Positions 1-10,152 of a stretch of 64,000 nucleotides of DNA are shown here, piece by piece (positions within the stretch are counted from its first letter, which is position 1; each line of letters begins with the position of its first letter). The translations under genes were made by a program, and so were the position numbers. The notes below the pieces were generated by a model. The model had not been told where the DNA came from and searched no databases. It worked only from the letters and a program-made list of their open reading frames with translations. This DNA comes from Armatimonadota bacterium (GTDB taxonomy: Bacteria > Armatimonadota > SYMT01). The stretch lies in contig JBKBRF010000022.1 of assembly GCA_046292385.1 (NCBI GenBank), positions 47,984 through 111,983 of the forward strand, written 5' to 3'.

Positions 1-891
1 GTGGAGCTGCTTGTCCCGGCCGCCGATCACGATCCGGCTGCCCACTACCGCCGGCGACGAGAAGTAGGGGAAGTTGCGGTCGCGGTAGGTCCAGAGCACC
101 TTGCCGGCCTGCACGTCGGCGCAAAGCACCTGGTTGCCGTAGTGCCCCAGGTAAGCATACCGTCCGTCGACCGCCGCTGATCCGGCGATGTAGTCGCCGA
201 TCTCGACGTCGCGCACCCGCTTACCGGTCGCCAGGCTCACCACGTAGAGCTTGCCGTCGCAGCCGCCGAAGATCACCTGCCCGCTGCTGATCGCGGGGGT
301 GCCGTTGACGTAGTTGTCGGTCTCGTGGGTCCAGACCGCCTTACCGGTCGCCGCATTCACGCAGTGCAGCCGGTTATCGTAGCTGCCCACCAGCACCCAG
401 AGACCTTTACCGCCGGGGGCCGAAGCGACATTTGCCGCGCCGAGGATCTTGTCCTCGGTCTTGTACCGCCACGCCAGCTTGCCGGTAGCGGCGTTCAGCC
501 CGTAGAGGTAGCCGTCGTCCGCGCCGATCACCACCACGCTGCCCGCCAGGCACGGCGCCGCTTCGATCTTGCCGCCGGTCTTGTACGACCAAAGCCGCTG
601 ACCGTTGCTCTGGCGCAGCGCGAAGACGGTGCCGTCGCCGCCGCCTACGAAGACCTTCCCGCCGGAGACCACCGCGGTAGCGGCCGGCTGGTTGCCGGTC
701 TTGAACTTCCAGACCGGCCGGAGCTTGGCCGGAAGCTTTCCGGAGGCGAGGCCGAGCTGCCGGGCGCTCCCGCGGAAAAGCGGCCAGGCGGCACCCGCGG
801 CGCTGGCGGTGCCCGCCAGCAGCAGGCCGAGCGTGACCCCCGCGAGGGCACGGCGGGTCAGGCGAGGAGGGATGTCGGGGCGTACTTCCAT
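1..891 (-). CDS. PQQ-binding-like (BamB-like) beta-propeller protein with Tat-type signal; runs off the left window edge
   Basis: Manual translation from ATG at 891: MEVRPDIPPRLTRRALAGVTLGLLLAGTASAAGAAWPLFRG..., then repeated xxTGKxxW blades (NAATGKLAW, NAATGKAVW). Absent from the ORF track because no stop lies in the window. Confidence 0.85.
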   Translation of the reverse strand, partial: MEVRPDIPPRLTRRALAGVTLGLLLAGTASAAGAAWPLFRGSARQLGLASGKLPAKLRPVWKFKTGNQPAATAVVSGGKVFVGGGDGTVFALRQSNGQRLWSYKTGGKIEAAPCLAGSVVVIGADDGYLYGLNAATGKLAWRYKTEDKILGAANVASAPGGKGLWVLVGSYDNRLHCVNAATGKAVWTHETDNYVNGTPAISSGQVIFGGCDGKLYVVSLATGKRVRDVEIGDYIAGSAAVDGRYAYLGHYGNQVLCADVQAGKVLWTYRDRNFPYFSSPAVVGSRIVIGGRDKQLH

Positions 892-1004
892 GTTCGGGCT
901 CCGTGGCAGATCACCATGGTATACGCAAGTACCACGCAACTATGAGGCGAGGCCGGCGTGATGGTTTCGGAACGCCACGAAGACGCAGTACCCCGGGACG
1001 CGCT

Positions 1005-1133
1005 TCAGAGGCCGAGCTCGTCGACCGATTCGGCAAGCAGCGCCCGGTCGATCAGCTCGTCGCAGGCTCGTGAAAACGCCTCGTCGCGGGCTTCTTCCAG
1101 CCACTCGGTGATGATGCCGGCGTCTTTCAACAT
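1005..1133 (-). pseudogene. 42-aa ORF resembling the C-terminal remnant of Rpn/DUF4351-like proteins
   Basis: MLKDAGIITEWLEEARDEAFSRACDELIDRALLAESVDELGL; the ending resembles DUF4351-type tails. It lies next to the TIR element. Confidence 0.3.
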
Positions 1134-1198
1134 GAGTAAGATCCGTCACGGGCGCGCTGCGCTTCGACGACGTTCCCCTCTCGGGAAACGGTGGCAAG

Positions 1199-1555
1199 TG
1201 TCGCACGCTGTAAAGTTACGCCGCTGACGGCGCAGGCGGGACTTGCCGCCGTCCGGCGCTCCGGAGGGGCGCGAAATGCTCGGCCGCCTTCGATTTCCCA
1301 CCCTAGTCATCCTGAAGGCACTGAAGGATCTACGTCGCCCCGTCTGCGCCGGAGCGGGAGGCTTGACGCACGGAAGGGCACCGGCAGCAGAGTCCGCGTC
1401 ACCCGCCTGCGTACTCCGTTCCCTTCCGGCTGCCGAGATCCTTCACTGCGTTCAGGATGACTGGGATGTACGCCGGAGGCAGCCGTTCGTCTCTCCGGAT
1501 AGAGCGGCAGAACCTACGCCGCCCCCCGGGGGCACCAACTTTACAGCGCGCGACA
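1199..1555. mobile_element. MITE-like element with 19-bp terminal inverted repeats (TGT...ACA) and a 4-bp CAAG direct repeat
   Basis: Left end TGTCGCACGCTGTAAAGTT (1199-1217) matches the reverse complement of right end AACTTTACAGCGCGCGACA (1537-1555) at 18/19. CAAG flanks both sides (1195-1198, 1556-1559). Internal inverted pair GTCATCCTGAAGGCACTGAAGGATCT / AGATCCTTCACTGCGTTCAGGATGAC. Confidence 0.65.
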
Positions 1556-1651
1556 CAAGCTCTCGCCCCCGCGTCAGCGGGGTCCAACACGAAATTCCCT
1601 CCACGCCGGGGTGATCCGAACTGTGCCTTTCAATGCAGCTCGACCGGCTGC

Positions 1652-2824
1652 TCAGACACCGGCTCCCGCTCCGAGGACGGCGCGATAGAGCGTTGCGAAC
1701 TCTGCCGCTCCGATCTCGCGGGGGTTGAAGCGGGCAGTCCACTGCGCCGCCGCCTCCCCCGCGAGCAACTCGACGTCGACCTCTCCGGCCGGCACCGCCG
1801 AGGTCTCACTTCCGAGCCGGAGTAGCGCCTCGAGACGGCTGACCAGCCGCTCCACCGCCTCTTCGGCCGGCGCATCGGGGGCAGCGATGCCGGCGAGGAC
1901 GGCCAGGTCTCGGTAGGTCTCGCGCGCCTGCGGCTCCGCCGCGTTGAACCGGACCACCTGCGGCAGCATGAGCCCGACGGCTATCCCGTGCACGGTGCCG
2001 TGGTGGGCGGTGAGCGGGTTCGCGGCGGAGTGCGCGGCGCCGAGCATGCTGTTCTCGATCGCGAGGCCGGCGTAGGCGGCGCCGAGTTGCATCCGCGCCC
2101 GGGACTCCAGGTCGTCCGGCTGCTCCAGCACTCGCTCGAGTGCCCCGGCCGTCAGCCGGAACGCCTCGCGGGCAAAGAGGACGGAGATCGCGTTCCGCTT
2201 GCGGGTGACGGCCGACTCGACCGCGTGCGCCACCGCATCGATGCCGGTGGCGTGGGTGACGTGCCGCGGCTGCGAGACGGTGAGCGTCGGATCGAGCAGA
2301 GCGATGCGGGCTGCCGCCTTGGGGTCCCCGCACGCCATCTTCTGGTGCGTCTCGTCGTCCGCGATCAGCGCGAACGACTGGCACTCGCTGCCGGTGCCGG
2401 CGGTAGTCGGCGCGGCGATCAGCGGCAGCATCGGGCGGGTCGCCTTGCCCACGCCCCAGTAGTCGTGCATCCGGCCGCCGTTGGTGAGCAGGAAGTTGGC
2501 GCCGCGCGCCGTGTCGATGCTGCTCCCGCCGCCGAGGCCCAGGAGCCCGTCGATCCGCTCGTCGCGGGCGAGGTCGCGGCACGCCTCCACGTCTCGCGCC
2601 GTGGGATTCTCCCGGACCCGGTCGAAGAGCGCCAGCTCCACGCCAGCGGAGCGGAGGGCCGCGCCGGCCCGGTCCACGTGGCCGGCGGCGACGATCCCCG
2701 GGTCCGTGACCACCAGGATGCGGGTAATGCCCAGCTCCCGCGCCAGCTCTCCGAGCCGCTCGATGCTGTTGTTACCGAAGACGAGGCGAGTGTGCGGCCG
2801 GAAATCGAAGCCGGAAGAGATCAT
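1652..2824 (-). CDS. Iron-containing alcohol dehydrogenase
   Basis: GLGGGSSID, PTTAGTGSE, DAVAHAVES, GAAHSAAN and HG motifs of the Fe-ADH family. Confidence 0.93.
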   Translation of the reverse strand: MISSGFDFRPHTRLVFGNNSIERLGELARELGITRILVVTDPGIVAAGHVDRAGAALRSAGVELALFDRVRENPTARDVEACRDLARDERIDGLLGLGGGSSIDTARGANFLLTNGGRMHDYWGVGKATRPMLPLIAAPTTAGTGSECQSFALIADDETHQKMACGDPKAAARIALLDPTLTVSQPRHVTHATGIDAVAHAVESAVTRKRNAISVLFAREAFRLTAGALERVLEQPDDLESRARMQLGAAYAGLAIENSMLGAAHSAANPLTAHHGTVHGIAVGLMLPQVVRFNAAEPQARETYRDLAVLAGIAAPDAPAEEAVERLVSRLEALLRLGSETSAVPAGEVDVELLAGEAAAQWTARFNPREIGAAEFATLYRAVLGAGAGV

Positions 2825-2988
2825 TAGGGTCTAGGGTTCAGGGGCCAGGGTTTAGACCCCAACGGTGGGCGCACCCGGGATCCGTAAGGAGAGCACCGCA
2901 GCTAGAAGCTTGAGATTCGGGTCCAGGGTAGCTCGCGTGAGGCGGCAGTCGTTACCGCAGCCACACCCTGGACCCTGGACCCTAACCC

Positions 2989-4419
2989 CTAGAATGCCGA
3001 GCGCTGGATGGCGCGGCGGCGGTAAAGGAACTCGAAGAGGTTGCCCTCGTGCGGCTGGTCCCACTCCACTCTCGACGTAGGGAGCGGCCCCAGGTTCAGC
3101 CGATCGATGAGCGGAGAGCCGATGAGCGCTTCCGTCCACGCCGGGTCTTCGGTGAGGGCGGTCACCACGAGCGACGGCCCCATCTGCTCCAGCATGCGGG
3201 ACTGCGGCATCTCGACCACGCTGGCGTACGGAAAGAGGAACTCCCGGTTCGCCAACGGGTGCTCCCAGGAGTCGCAGCGGACGATCGTGGGGCGCAGGTA
3301 GGTACAGCCGTCGAGGGAGACGGAGCGCTCGCCGGAGCGATAGCGCGCCGTAACGTCCTCCGCGCCGGGGGTGCCGAGCCCGTCGTCCAGCGCGGCGGTG
3401 ATGTACTCCGCCATCTTCGGGTTGGCGAACCCGGCGAGCTTTGCGTCCGGATCTTCCGCCGGCTTCGGCTCGATCTGCGCCAGCCGCTCCGCCACCGCCG
3501 CGGCAATCTCATCCCCGTAGCGCGGCGTCAGGATCGCGGAGGCGTTGATGCAGCTCCGGCCGCTGTTCTCCGCGATGGAGGCGGCGATCAGGTCGACGAA
3601 CTCCGGCCAGCGCTCGACCATGTCGTCGCCGATCAGCACCTTGCTGCGGCCGGGACCGTGCACCTGCACGCCCGGGTTGCCGGCGTAGCGCTGGACCGTG
3701 CTCTCATCGCCGAAGATCAGCGCGCGGCCGCAGGTGTCCATCACCGCGCCGCTGCCCTCGTGGTCGGTCGGGTAGAAGCTGAACGCCTCCGGCGGCGCGC
3801 CCGCGGCGATAAACGCCTGGATCACCCGGTACGGGGTCCACGGCTCCTCGCGACCCGGCTTGAGCACCACCGGCACCTTCAGCGCCACCGCTGGCATCCA
3901 GAGCGAGTTCACGCCCGGAGAGTTGCTGGGCAGCACCACCCCCAGCGCGTCCGTAGTGGCGAAGTAGCTCACCGGCACGCCCGCCTGGGTCCCGAAGCCG
4001 GAGTCGATCACCTCCGGGTCGAGGCCGCGGGTGAGGCCCTTCAGGACGGTCGGCATCTGGCTGAAGACCTGGTGGATCTTCCCCATGTTTCGGCGCACGA
4101 GCGCGTGCGGCAGACCGCTGGTGTGGGAGAGGGAGTCGACGTACTCGTCGGAGGTCTGCGTCCGGCCGTCGGTGCCCAGCGGCAGGGTGCCGCCCATGAA
4201 GAGGTCGCCCGCGTGGGAGCAGAGGTCGAGGAGCTGCACGACGGTGAGCGACCTGAACGCGTCCCGGTTCGGACGCCGCATGTCGCGCCGGATCATCCCG
4301 GCATTCGCCTGGCTGATCTCGGCCACCGGCTCGCCGGTGCGGATGCTGGTGATCTTCACGCGGTCCAGGCTCTCGTACGGCTGGCCCCGGCGGATCACCG
4401 GAATATGAGGAATCGACAT
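2989..4419 (-). CDS. Aldehyde-dehydrogenase-fold acyl/aryl-carboxylate reductase subunit (GriD/EhpG/LuxC-like)
   Basis: LPSNSPGVN, VLKPGREEP, HGPGRSK, catalytic NSGRSCINAS and EFLFP; clustered with a GriC-like ligase. Confidence 0.8.
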   Translation of the reverse strand: MSIPHIPVIRRGQPYESLDRVKITSIRTGEPVAEISQANAGMIRRDMRRPNRDAFRSLTVVQLLDLCSHAGDLFMGGTLPLGTDGRTQTSDEYVDSLSHTSGLPHALVRRNMGKIHQVFSQMPTVLKGLTRGLDPEVIDSGFGTQAGVPVSYFATTDALGVVLPSNSPGVNSLWMPAVALKVPVVLKPGREEPWTPYRVIQAFIAAGAPPEAFSFYPTDHEGSGAVMDTCGRALIFGDESTVQRYAGNPGVQVHGPGRSKVLIGDDMVERWPEFVDLIAASIAENSGRSCINASAILTPRYGDEIAAAVAERLAQIEPKPAEDPDAKLAGFANPKMAEYITAALDDGLGTPGAEDVTARYRSGERSVSLDGCTYLRPTIVRCDSWEHPLANREFLFPYASVVEMPQSRMLEQMGPSLVVTALTEDPAWTEALIGSPLIDRLNLGPLPTSRVEWDQPHEGNLFEFLYRRRAIQRSAF

Positions 4420-4500
4420 AACTCGTTTACTACCCGGCGCTCCCCGGTGCCCGGGGAGCGCCCTCTACCATGGAGCGCGGAAGACAGCCGCGCCGACTTT

Positions 4501-5757
4501 CTACTTCTTCCGCCCGCCGACGGAGATCAGGTGGCTCTCCGTCCGCAGGTACATCACGCCATCCGCGACCGCCGGAGTGGAGTGGCTCGCCTCGCCGAGC
4601 TCGCTGCGGCCAAGCACCTGGAGCTCGTCCGAGGCGGCGATTACCACCACCTCTCCCTGCGCGTTGATGGCGTAGAGCTTCCCGTTCACGCAGACCGGCG
4701 AGCCGAAGAAGTTGCCGCCCACCCGCTCCATCCAGACCGTTTCACCGGTGTCGGCGTTGATGCAGTGGACGATCCCGGCATCGCCCCAGATGAAGACGCG
4801 GTTCCCGATCGCGATCGGCGTGGGGACGTAGGCGATCCCGCGCTTCACCTCGTAGGCGATCTGCGGCGCGGTCTTCCCGGCGCCGGAGCCGGGCTTCACC
4901 GCGAACGTCTGCTTGTCCCCGCCGCCGTTGCCGGAGCCGGCGAGGATCAGCCCGTTCTCCAGCACGATCGGTGACGAGACGTTGCGCGCGCGATACAGGT
5001 CCCGCAGCTCCCAGTTCAGCTTACCGTTCGCGGGGTTCAGGCTGGTCATGCCGTGGGCGCCGTTGGTGAAGATCACCTCCGCCGGGCCGCCCTCGGGGCG
5101 GTAGACCACCGGGGTGGCGTACGGCGCGTCCTTGCTGAACCGCTCGTACTGCCAGCGCACCTCGCCCGTCTTCGCGTCGAGCCCCACCAGCAGGCCGTTC
5201 TCCGCCTCCGGCTCCTTCGCCACGATCACGATGTCCCCCACCAGGATCGGTGAGGAGCCCGCGCCGTGCTGCGCCTTGTAGCGCCCGAGGTCGCGCGTCC
5301 AGAGCGGCTTGCCGCTGTGATCGAGGGCATGGACCTTGAACGCGTCGGGAGTCCCCCAGATGAAGTAGACCCGCTCGCCGTCGACCGCCGGGCTGCCGGA
5401 GGCGGCGTTGTTGTACATGTGCAGGCCGTACATCGGGTACGGCTGGGAGTAGGTCCAGGCGATCTTGCCGGTAGCCGCGTCGAGGCAGTGCAGGTGCCGG
5501 GTGCCCGTCTCCTGTTCCGCGCTCGCCAGGAAGAGCTTCTTCCCCCAGAGCACCGGTGAGGAGTGACCGATCCCCGGCAGCTTGACCTTCCAGTTGTAGT
5601 CCGCCGGGGTGAACTGCACCGGCACCGTCGTCGCCTTGCTGATCCCGGAGCCGTTGGGCCCGCGGAAACGGGTCCACTCCTGCGCGTGGGCCGGAGCGCA
5701 GCAGACCAGCGCCAGCGAGCCGGCCGCCAGGGAGATTCGCCACCACCGTCTGCTCAT
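4501..5757 (-). CDS. Exported PQQ-binding-like beta-propeller protein
   Basis: Signal peptide ending AHA-QEW, WTRFRGPNGSG, SSP motifs, and LDAATGKIAW/LDAKTGEVRW blades. Confidence 0.88.
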   Translation of the reverse strand: MSRRWWRISLAAGSLALVCCAPAHAQEWTRFRGPNGSGISKATTVPVQFTPADYNWKVKLPGIGHSSPVLWGKKLFLASAEQETGTRHLHCLDAATGKIAWTYSQPYPMYGLHMYNNAASGSPAVDGERVYFIWGTPDAFKVHALDHSGKPLWTRDLGRYKAQHGAGSSPILVGDIVIVAKEPEAENGLLVGLDAKTGEVRWQYERFSKDAPYATPVVYRPEGGPAEVIFTNGAHGMTSLNPANGKLNWELRDLYRARNVSSPIVLENGLILAGSGNGGGDKQTFAVKPGSGAGKTAPQIAYEVKRGIAYVPTPIAIGNRVFIWGDAGIVHCINADTGETVWMERVGGNFFGSPVCVNGKLYAINAQGEVVVIAASDELQVLGRSELGEASHSTPAVADGVMYLRTESHLISVGGRKK

Positions 5758-6335
5758 GATCCGCTCCTTTCACTAGGCCCGTTCGGCCTAGCTAGGACTT
5801 CAATGCCTTCACCCGTCACCACAAAGTGCGAGTCGAGGTTCTCGCTGCGCAGTAGGCGCCAGTGCTCTCCAGGCAGCGAGTCGTCCGGCCAGACTTCCAG
5901 ACAGCACCCCTCGCTCAGCTCCAGCCGGAACCCGCCGACCGAATCGGCGGCAATTGCCTCAACCCGGAGCGGCTTCGCCTCGTGCTGCCGTAGAAACTCC
6001 TGCATCCGCTCGGTGCGACGGTTCGGGTCTCGATCGTAGTCGAACGTCTCCCAATCGAGATCCGGATCATCCCCGGCCCGATAGTAGAGATCCCGGCGAG
6101 CTACGACGATTCCCTCGGGTCCGGTGATTCGCCACGAACACTGGACGTGCAGTCCCCAATCAGGCCGGAGCGCCAACTCGCCTTTGCCGCGGCCACGCTC
6201 CCGAATGAACTCACGCAGCTCGCCGAACTGGAAGACTTGCAAGTCCCCCGCGCGGTGCGACCCACAGAGGGGCTGCCCGTGCAGCGCGGCGAGCGCCGCC
6301 GCTATCTGCTTTGGATCCAGTAGCAAGCGTGCCAC
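5754..6335 (-). CDS. Hypothetical protein
   Basis: Protein-like core (LHVQCSWRI...EHWRLL...HFVVTG). Start taken at GTG 6335 (uncertain). Its stop overlaps the next ATG (ATGA). Confidence 0.65.
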   Translation of the reverse strand: MARLLLDPKQIAAALAALHGQPLCGSHRAGDLQVFQFGELREFIRERGRGKGELALRPDWGLHVQCSWRITGPEGIVVARRDLYYRAGDDPDLDWETFDYDRDPNRRTERMQEFLRQHEAKPLRVEAIAADSVGGFRLELSEGCCLEVWPDDSLPGEHWRLLRSENLDSHFVVTGEGIEVLARPNGPSERSGS

Positions 6336-6391
6336 CTTCGGTCTCGGGCACCAACCTCGCGACACGAGTTCGATTGAGGACTGGTCACTCC

Positions 6392-7462
6392 CTAGTAAAC
6401 GCCCTCGATCGTCTTCTTCTCCATCGCGCCGAACGGCCGGACCTCGCCGACGCCGTCCCACGGGAAGCGCTCTTCCCACGGCTCGCGGCGGATCGCCTCG
6501 TCGCGCTCCAGGAAGCGCGGCATGAAGAACTCCTTCGTGAGCGTGCTCAGCTCCACGCGGCCCCACTCTCCGTAGTCGACGGTGCGGTCGGTGTCGTTCG
6601 GGTCGACCACCCGCAGCACGGCGCGCGGCTGCGGCGCGTGGTAGGTGATGCTCCAGTTGTCCTCCGCGGAGAGCGGGCGGCTGCAGGCGAGGCCCATCAG
6701 CGTGTTGCCGTAGGTCGGGACGAACTGGGCGCGGTTGTCGAGCACCTCTTCCACCAGGAAGCGGACGTTCTGCGGCGTCATCTGGGTCCCGCCGCAGAAG
6801 ACGCCCTTGATGCCGGCGTCCGGCACGGAGAGCTTGTCGTCGAGCGCTTCCAGCAGCTTGGGAGTGGTGAAGAGGCAGGAGATCTTCCGGTTCTTCAGCA
6901 GCACCGCCCCCTGCTCCGCCACGTGGTCCTTGTACTTGTTCGCCGTGGCGGCGTCCTTATCGGCGATGAGCCGCTTCACCCAGCGGGGATCGAGGTCGAC
7001 GTGGTAGCAGGAGCCGCCGCGCACGTGCGCCAGGTGCTCGATGCAGAGCCGGAGGCGCCGCGGCCCGGTGGGGCCAAGCATCAGCCAGTTGCCGCCCTTC
7101 GGGAACGCTTCCTCGTCCAGCGTCTTGGAGAACTCCTCGTAGTCGCGCAGGTGGTCTTCCCAGGAGACCCGCTGCTTCGGCATGCCGGTGGTGCCGCCGG
7201 TCTCGAAGACGTAGAACGGCCGCCCGGCGTAGGCGCGCGGCACCCACCGCTCGTTCGGCTCGTCCCGGAGCCACTCGTCCTGGAAGTGCGGGAAGCGCTT
7301 CAGGTCCTCGTAGGACTCCACTTCCTTCGCGGGGTCCCACCCGGCCTGCCGGGCCCAATCGAGCCAGAACGGGGAGCCGGTCTCCGGGGAGAAATGCCAC
7401 TGCACGATCTCGCGCACGTGGGCGTCAAGCTGTTCCTTTGCGGCACTGGGAGATAGCGTCAA
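6392..7462 (-). CDS. GriC/EhpF-like adenylate-forming carboxylate-activating enzyme (PaaK/LuxE-related)
   Basis: WHFSPETGSPFWL, P-loop ETGGTTGMPK, GPTGP, DLDPRWVK, YGNTLMG and ERDEAIR. It lacks the usual ANL C-terminal subdomain, as GriC/EhpF-type proteins do. Confidence 0.8.
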   Translation of the reverse strand: MTLSPSAAKEQLDAHVREIVQWHFSPETGSPFWLDWARQAGWDPAKEVESYEDLKRFPHFQDEWLRDEPNERWVPRAYAGRPFYVFETGGTTGMPKQRVSWEDHLRDYEEFSKTLDEEAFPKGGNWLMLGPTGPRRLRLCIEHLAHVRGGSCYHVDLDPRWVKRLIADKDAATANKYKDHVAEQGAVLLKNRKISCLFTTPKLLEALDDKLSVPDAGIKGVFCGGTQMTPQNVRFLVEEVLDNRAQFVPTYGNTLMGLACSRPLSAEDNWSITYHAPQPRAVLRVVDPNDTDRTVDYGEWGRVELSTLTKEFFMPRFLERDEAIRREPWEERFPWDGVGEVRPFGAMEKKTIEGVY

Positions 7463-7550
7463 CGTCGTGTTCCTTCTACAGCCTCACCGGCATCCGTATT
7501 ACCGATCCAAAGCTCTGGGCCGCGTGGGCGGCGCCTCGCGAGCGGGACAC

Positions 7551-7997
7551 TTACCAGAGGTACCGCTCGTCGTATTCGACTTCGTACTCTCGCAGCAGAG
7601 TCAGGTATTCCTCCTGAAAAGTAAGCTTCCGGTGGTGGGTTTCCTGCCTGGCGATGTAGGAGCGCACTTGAGGAACGTCTCCTACCCCTACGGTGAATGC
7701 TCCGTACCCATCCTGCCATGCAAAACGGGAGCACCCCTGCACTCCGTGAATCCACTTCGACGATTCGTGCTTCACCTCCCGCAAGAGATCTGAGAGGCGA
7801 TGTGTCGCTCGGAGCCCCGCCAGAAGGTGGATGTGATCGGCAACGCCTCCAGCGGCAAGCAGTATGCCGTTCTGACTCCGGATTACTCCGCCCACGTAGG
7901 CGTAGAGCCGATCGCGCCAGTCGCTCTCTAGCCACGGCTCCCGGTTCCTGGTGCTGAAGACGATGTGATACCGAAGCGAGACGTGCGTGGACGACAC
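7551..7997 (-). mobile_element. tnpA: IS200/IS605-family Y1 transposase TnpA (REP-associated type, no tnpB)
   Basis: YHIVFSTRNR, HUH motif DHIH, FAWQDGYGAF and catalytic Tyr in SYIARQ; flanked by palindromic repeats. Confidence 0.9.
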
Positions 7998-8007
7998 CGG
8001 TCAGTCC

Positions 8008-8534
8008 TCCCGCCCTTCCAGGGCGGTTTCATTTCATGCGCTGCTTTCCGGGGGCTGCGCTGCGCTGACCCCCGGCTACCAACTCGTGCCCCTCCGGGGC
8101 ACCCCCGCCGCGATCCCTGGGCCTTCCCTTCCTTCGGCCGCCTCGTTCCCCGCACTTCAAAGAGGGCTGTGTGCTCCCTCATCCGCTTTCGGAATGCGTC
8201 CCCCGGCAATCACCTCACGCCCGTCTGGGGAATGGCTGTGCGGTCATCCATGGCCCGCTAGCTCACCACTTGGGGTGAGTCAATCGCCTGAGATCAGCGT
8301 AGCGCAGCCGTTGTCTCGCCCGCGGCGCCTCCGAGGGGCACCCCCTCCCCAACTTTGGTGACCCGATCCGCCTATACCGCGGTGGGAGAGCTATCCTTCG
8401 ATCACGATAGATCCGCATCCCGTAGTGAATCCCGGCGCCCCGGAGGGGCGTCGAGACGATAGCCGGGGGTCAGCGCAGCGCAACCCCCGGACTCCGCCGG
8501 TCCACCGTCCCCTGCGCCCTGAAGGGGCGCGAGA
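8008..8534. repeat. Inverted pair of ~95-bp composite palindromic REP units upstream of tnpA
   Basis: 8008-8101 (CGCCCTTCCAGGGCG...CCGGGGGCTGCGCTGCGCTGACCCCCGGCTA...GCCCCTCCGGGGC) approximates the reverse complement of 8436-8534 (GCCCCGGAGGGGCG...TAGCCGGGGGTCAGCGCAGCGCAACCCCCGG...GCCCTGAAGGGGCG). Confidence 0.85.
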
Positions 8535-8565
8535 ACCTGACGGTGACAGCTCTTCTTCGCGAGGA

Positions 8566-10152
8566 TCACCCACTACTCACCTCCCGCGAGGGAAAGTACC
8601 GGTCGATCGTCTTCCGGCTCGGGGGCGGGGTCAGCAGCGAGACAACCACCACCAGCACGGCGGAGATCACACACATCGGGAGGACCGGCAGGTAGCCGTA
8701 GACCGTCACGCTGGCGGGGCCGCGCAGGAAGAGGTCGCCGAGGGCCGGGAAGATCTGCACCGGCGGCTGGCCGCCCGCGGGGCGCATCGGGTCGCTGAGC
8801 GTCTGCAGGTACCAGGTGCCGAGCACCGCGAAGGTGACCCAGAGCGCGGCGGCGAGGGCGCCCCACTTGGTGCTGCGTTTCCAGAAGAGCGCGGCCAGCA
8901 TCACCGGGGCCAGGGCGGCATAGCCGCTGAAGGCGAAGCGGATCGCCAGCTCGAAGATGCCGGCCCGGTCCTTCAGCTGCAGCGCGATGACGTAGGCGGT
9001 CAGGGCGATCAGCACTACGAAGGCGCGGCCGGTCCAGACCTGCGCCTTGTCGCCGAAGCGCTCTTTGCCGCCGTAGTAGGCGAAGACGTCTTCCGTGAAC
9101 ATCGTCCCGAGCGCCAGGATCTGGCTGTCGGAGGCCATCACGCACGCCATGATCCCGGCTCCCAGGGCTCCGGCCACCACCGTGTTGGTGTGCTGCGCCA
9201 GGAGCTGGATCATGATGTCGTCCGACTCCCCCGGCTTCAGCCCCGGGATCTGGCTGGCGCCGACCACGCCCAGGTAGACGGCGGGCAGCCAGATGGCGGC
9301 GATGCAGAGGGGGTAGAGGATGACGGTCTTCTTGAAGTGGCCCACCTTCTCCGCCGTCATGCACATGATCGCGATGTGCGGGAACATGATCGAGGAGAGC
9401 GGGATGAACATGTAGCTGAAGAACTCTTCCGGCGTGATCCGCTCGCGGCTCAAGAGCTGCGCGGGCGGCGGCCCGTGCTCCGGCTTGGGGGCGTACTTCA
9501 GGCCCTCCATCACCTGGTCGAAGCCGCCCAGGCTCTTCGCCAGCAGCGTGAGCGCGATGGCGCCGAAGCAGAGGAAGAGCAGCGTCTGGAAGGCGTTCAC
9601 CCACGCGGTGCCGCGCATCCCGCCGAAGAAGACGTAGCTCATCACGACGAGCGCCACGATCCCGCCGCCGACGGCGTAGCTCACCTGCCCGCCGCTGATC
9701 GCCTCCAGCGTCTGCCCGCCGCCCATCACGCCGATGATGATGTACGGCACCAGCATGGCGGCGGTCAGCGCGAAGAGGAAGGTGCCGATCCCGCCGCACT
9801 CCCAGCGGTCTCGCAGGTACTGCACCTGCGTCATGTGGCCGAACCGCTTCCCGAGGCTCCAGAGCCGCGTCCCGATGAAGAAGATCGTCAGCGGGATCAC
9901 CAGCGCGGAGGAGGAGGCCATCAGCCCGAAGACGCCGATGCCGCGCTGGTACGACATCCCGGAGCTGCCCAGGATGGCGAACGCGGTCATGTTCGTCCCG
10001 AAGAGGGAGAGCAGGAAGACGACGGGGCCCAGGCTCCGGCTGGCGAGGAAGAAGTCCTCGCCGGACGCCTTGCCGCGGCGGAAGGCGAAGATGCCGATGT
10101 AGAGCACCACCGCCAGGTAGCCGAAGACGATCCACGCGGGGTTGAACGTCAT
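8566..10152 (-). CDS. Sodium:solute symporter (SSS) family transporter
   Basis: About 13 TM segments; [20 protein letters not shown] and FTEDV motifs. ATG 10152 overlaps the stop of the upstream small membrane gene. Confidence 0.92.
   Translation of the reverse strand: MTFNPAWIVFGYLAVVLYIGIFAFRRGKASGEDFFLASRSLGPVVFLLSLFGTNMTAFAILGSSGMSYQRGIGVFGLMASSSALVIPLTIFFIGTRLWSLGKRFGHMTQVQYLRDRWECGGIGTFLFALTAAMLVPYIIIGVMGGGQTLEAISGGQVSYAVGGGIVALVVMSYVFFGGMRGTAWVNAFQTLLFLCFGAIALTLLAKSLGGFDQVMEGLKYAPKPEHGPPPAQLLSRERITPEEFFSYMFIPLSSIMFPHIAIMCMTAEKVGHFKKTVILYPLCIAAIWLPAVYLGVVGASQIPGLKPGESDDIMIQLLAQHTNTVVAGALGAGIMACVMASDSQILALGTMFTEDVFAYYGGKERFGDKAQVWTGRAFVVLIALTAYVIALQLKDRAGIFELAIRFAFSGYAALAPVMLAALFWKRSTKWGALAAALWVTFAVLGTWYLQTLSDPMRPAGGQPPVQIFPALGDLFLRGPASVTVYGYLPVLPMCVISAVLVVVVSLLTPPPSRKTIDRYFPSREVSSG

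Noticed and set aside
2989..7462. Phenazine, grixazone or lux biosynthetic cluster
   Set aside because: Only the activating/reducing pair is present; no phz core, AHBA synthase or luciferase genes in the window.
7551..7997. IS605 element with RNA-guided TnpB
   Set aside because: No tnpB ORF on either side of tnpA.
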